Positions 30,533 to 32,000 of a stretch of DNA of 32,000 nucleotides are shown here, one piece after another. The translations under genes were made by a program, and so were the position numbers. The stretch's first letter is position 1, and the number at the start of each line of letters is the position of its first letter. This DNA comes from Candidatus Nanoarchaeia archaeon (lineage in GTDB: Archaea; Nanobdellota; Nanobdellia; Woesearchaeales; JANQNC01). Under the pieces are notes generated by a model, which made no database searches, was not told the DNA's origin, and saw only the letters and a list, made by a program, of their open reading frames with translations. The stretch covers positions 90,001 to 122,000 of the forward strand of contig JANQNC010000001.1 of the NCBI GenBank assembly GCA_028279745.1, in the 5' to 3' direction.

Positions 30533-31990
30533 TTATTTTTTTACAGTCATGCTGTGAGTGTTACTCACGATCTGACTTGTTGTCGGAGAATTTAATTCTA
30601 TAACTGCATTCTCTCTAAATTCGTTTAAGTTCATACTGCCTGAGTTAACTAGAGCAGCTTTTATCTTAGTCATGTCAACATTAAAGTTTGGCTTAAGTCT
30701 CCCTTTGTAGAGAACTGTGCCTTCTTCACCTTCAGCAAAGAAAGTTTTTCTTGTAATGTGTCCGTAACGTTCAAGATTCTGAGCTCTCTTAGAACCTTCG
30801 CCATAAGTAACAACTTCAACCATCTTATTCTCGTTTTTGGTTTCTTTACCGTCTTTGTCTAGCTTTTCACCTGCTGCTTCGTAGAAATGATTAAAGTAAC
30901 CACCCATCATTATAGCATCTGCAACTGTTAATGCAATAATCATATCAGCAGGACTAGAAATTCCCCCGTCAGAAATGATTCTTACAAGGCGATTATGTTC
31001 TTTTAGGTAATCTTCTCTTGCTCTATTAGCTTCTAACAGAGCAGTGAATGGTGCTCTTCCAGTAGCTTTTTCTCTTTGAGTGCTGCAAATAGAACCAGAA
31101 GACATACCTGTCTTAATAATGTCTGCACCGTGCTTCATTAAGTAAAGGGCACCGTTGTATGTAATGACATTTCCAACACAGATAGGAACTCCTGTTTTCA
31201 TATCTTTGTATCTGTCAAGAACATTACTTGCAAACTCGCTGTAAGCATCAGAAGAATCAACAACAATTAAGTCAACACCTGCAGCAACACATTTCTCAAC
31301 TCTTTTCTCCCAACCTTTATGAGTTCTGATTGCTGCTCCAACTTGAAGTGTTTCAATATCCTTCTCAAAAGCTAACTTAACTAATCTATCTTGTTCATCC
31401 AATACAACTAAGTAGTTAGCATCTTTTTCTTTAATCATCGCTTTAGCTTCATCAACAGAAATATTTGGGTTATTGCAATAAGCTATTGGGTCTTGGCTTT
31501 CCCTTTTGAAAGGGGTCATAGCTTGAGTTACTCTTTCATCACTGCTAACTTCACTGTTCCAGTATTCTTGTTGATCAAAAACACCAAGTAAAAGATTATT
31601 TCTGTCGGTAACAGGAATTTTAGAATAACCGTGTCTTTCAATTAACTCAATAACTGATTCGACAGAGTCATTTTCATTCGCTATAACAGGATCCTCAACG
31701 AAATTCATCTCATAAGTCTTAATGTCTCTAATGATCTTCTCCTGTCTATCTATAGGTAAAGCAGCAGGTAAAATTCCCATGCCTCCTTCTTTACTTAGCT
31801 CTAAAGCCATATCATAACCAGTAACAGAACTCATAGCAGCACTTAACGTAGGAGTCTTAAGCTTAAGTTTGTCAGTAAGCTTAGTCTCTAAAGAAATTGC
31901 AGGAATTTCACAACCAAGTTTAGTTAAACCAGTAAGCAAACTGTACTCCTGAAAAGTTCTGCCAGGTTCGTTTATGATTTGTTTTACCAT
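30533..31990 (-). CDS. guaB: IMP dehydrogenase GuaB with a CBS-pair subdomain
   Basis: The TIM-barrel IMPDH shows SAAMSSVTG, the catalytic loop GMSSGSICSTQ, and ISDGGISSPADMIIAL. A CBS pair is inserted after residue ~95. It is the first gene of the operon, and its start lies 10 nt from the window edge. Confidence 0.88.
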   Translation of the reverse strand: MVKQIINEPGRTFQEYSLLTGLTKLGCEIPAISLETKLTDKLKLKTPTLSAAMSSVTGYDMALELSKEGGMGILPAALPIDRQEKIIRDIKTYEMNFVEDPVIANENDSVESVIELIERHGYSKIPVTDRNNLLLGVFDQQEYWNSEVSSDERVTQAMTPFKRESQDPIAYCNNPNISVDEAKAMIKEKDANYLVVLDEQDRLVKLAFEKDIETLQVGAAIRTHKGWEKRVEKCVAAGVDLIVVDSSDAYSEFASNVLDRYKDMKTGVPICVGNVITYNGALYLMKHGADIIKTGMSSGSICSTQREKATGRAPFTALLEANRAREDYLKEHNRLVRIISDGGISSPADMIIALTVADAIMMGGYFNHFYEAAGEKLDKDGKETKNENKMVEVVTYGEGSKRAQNLERYGHITRKTFFAEGEEGTVLYKGRLKPNFNVDMTKIKAALVNSGSMNLNEFRENAVIELNSPTTSQIVSNTHSMTVKK

Positions 31991-32000
31991 TCTTAGCTGA

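Noticed and set aside
1-32000. CRISPR arrays, transposases, integrases, prophage or rRNA genes
   Set aside because: I scanned both strands for regularly spaced direct repeats, for terminal inverted repeats flanking ORFs, and for integrase-like genes next to the tRNA. I found none. The only tandem repeats are the intragenic ones reported above.

Overview
This is an AT-rich, very gene-dense archaeal chromosomal fragment. It reads like a small-genome, DPANN-like lineage, but that placement is inference. Archaeal identity rests on four things I read directly. There is an HMf-type histone at 9276-9494. There is an intron-containing tRNA-Ser(CGA) at 3388-3515. There is a textbook C/D-box sRNA at 20571-20632. 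TATA-like boxes sit about 25-30 nt upstream of many start codons, and other genes carry GGAGG Shine-Dalgarno sites. Recognisable core genes are thiI, srp54, a TrmB-family regulator, a MATE exporter and an RDD protein.

Three blocks stand out.
1. 11.0-16.9 kb is a translationally coupled seven-gene copper and thiol-disulfide operon. It runs CopZ-like, an HMA-DsbD-like-cupredoxin fusion with a (CGGG)n tail, CopA, a His-repeat DsbA, a thioredoxin lipoprotein, and two small membrane proteins. A Cys-rich mini-protein with a PEF-CTERM-like anchor converges on it.
2. 23.3-32.0 kb is a seven-gene purine operon: guaB, a long purA-like gene, a 160-aa unknown, purB, purK, a tandem purE, and a 432-aa unknown. 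The two unknown ORFs sit exactly where PurC and the AICAR-to-IMP enzymes are absent.
3. 19.8-23.3 kb is a patch of unusual small genes. It includes a proteasome-beta/HslV-like Ntn hydrolase that starts Met-Thr, a protein made of two Fis-type HTH domains, a stand-alone ParB/Srx-like protein and a zinc ribbon.

A divergent RelA/SpoT-fold protein lies at 2168-3319. I saw no CRISPR array, transposase, integrase or rRNA. All family assignments come from motifs read by eye and no searches were run.
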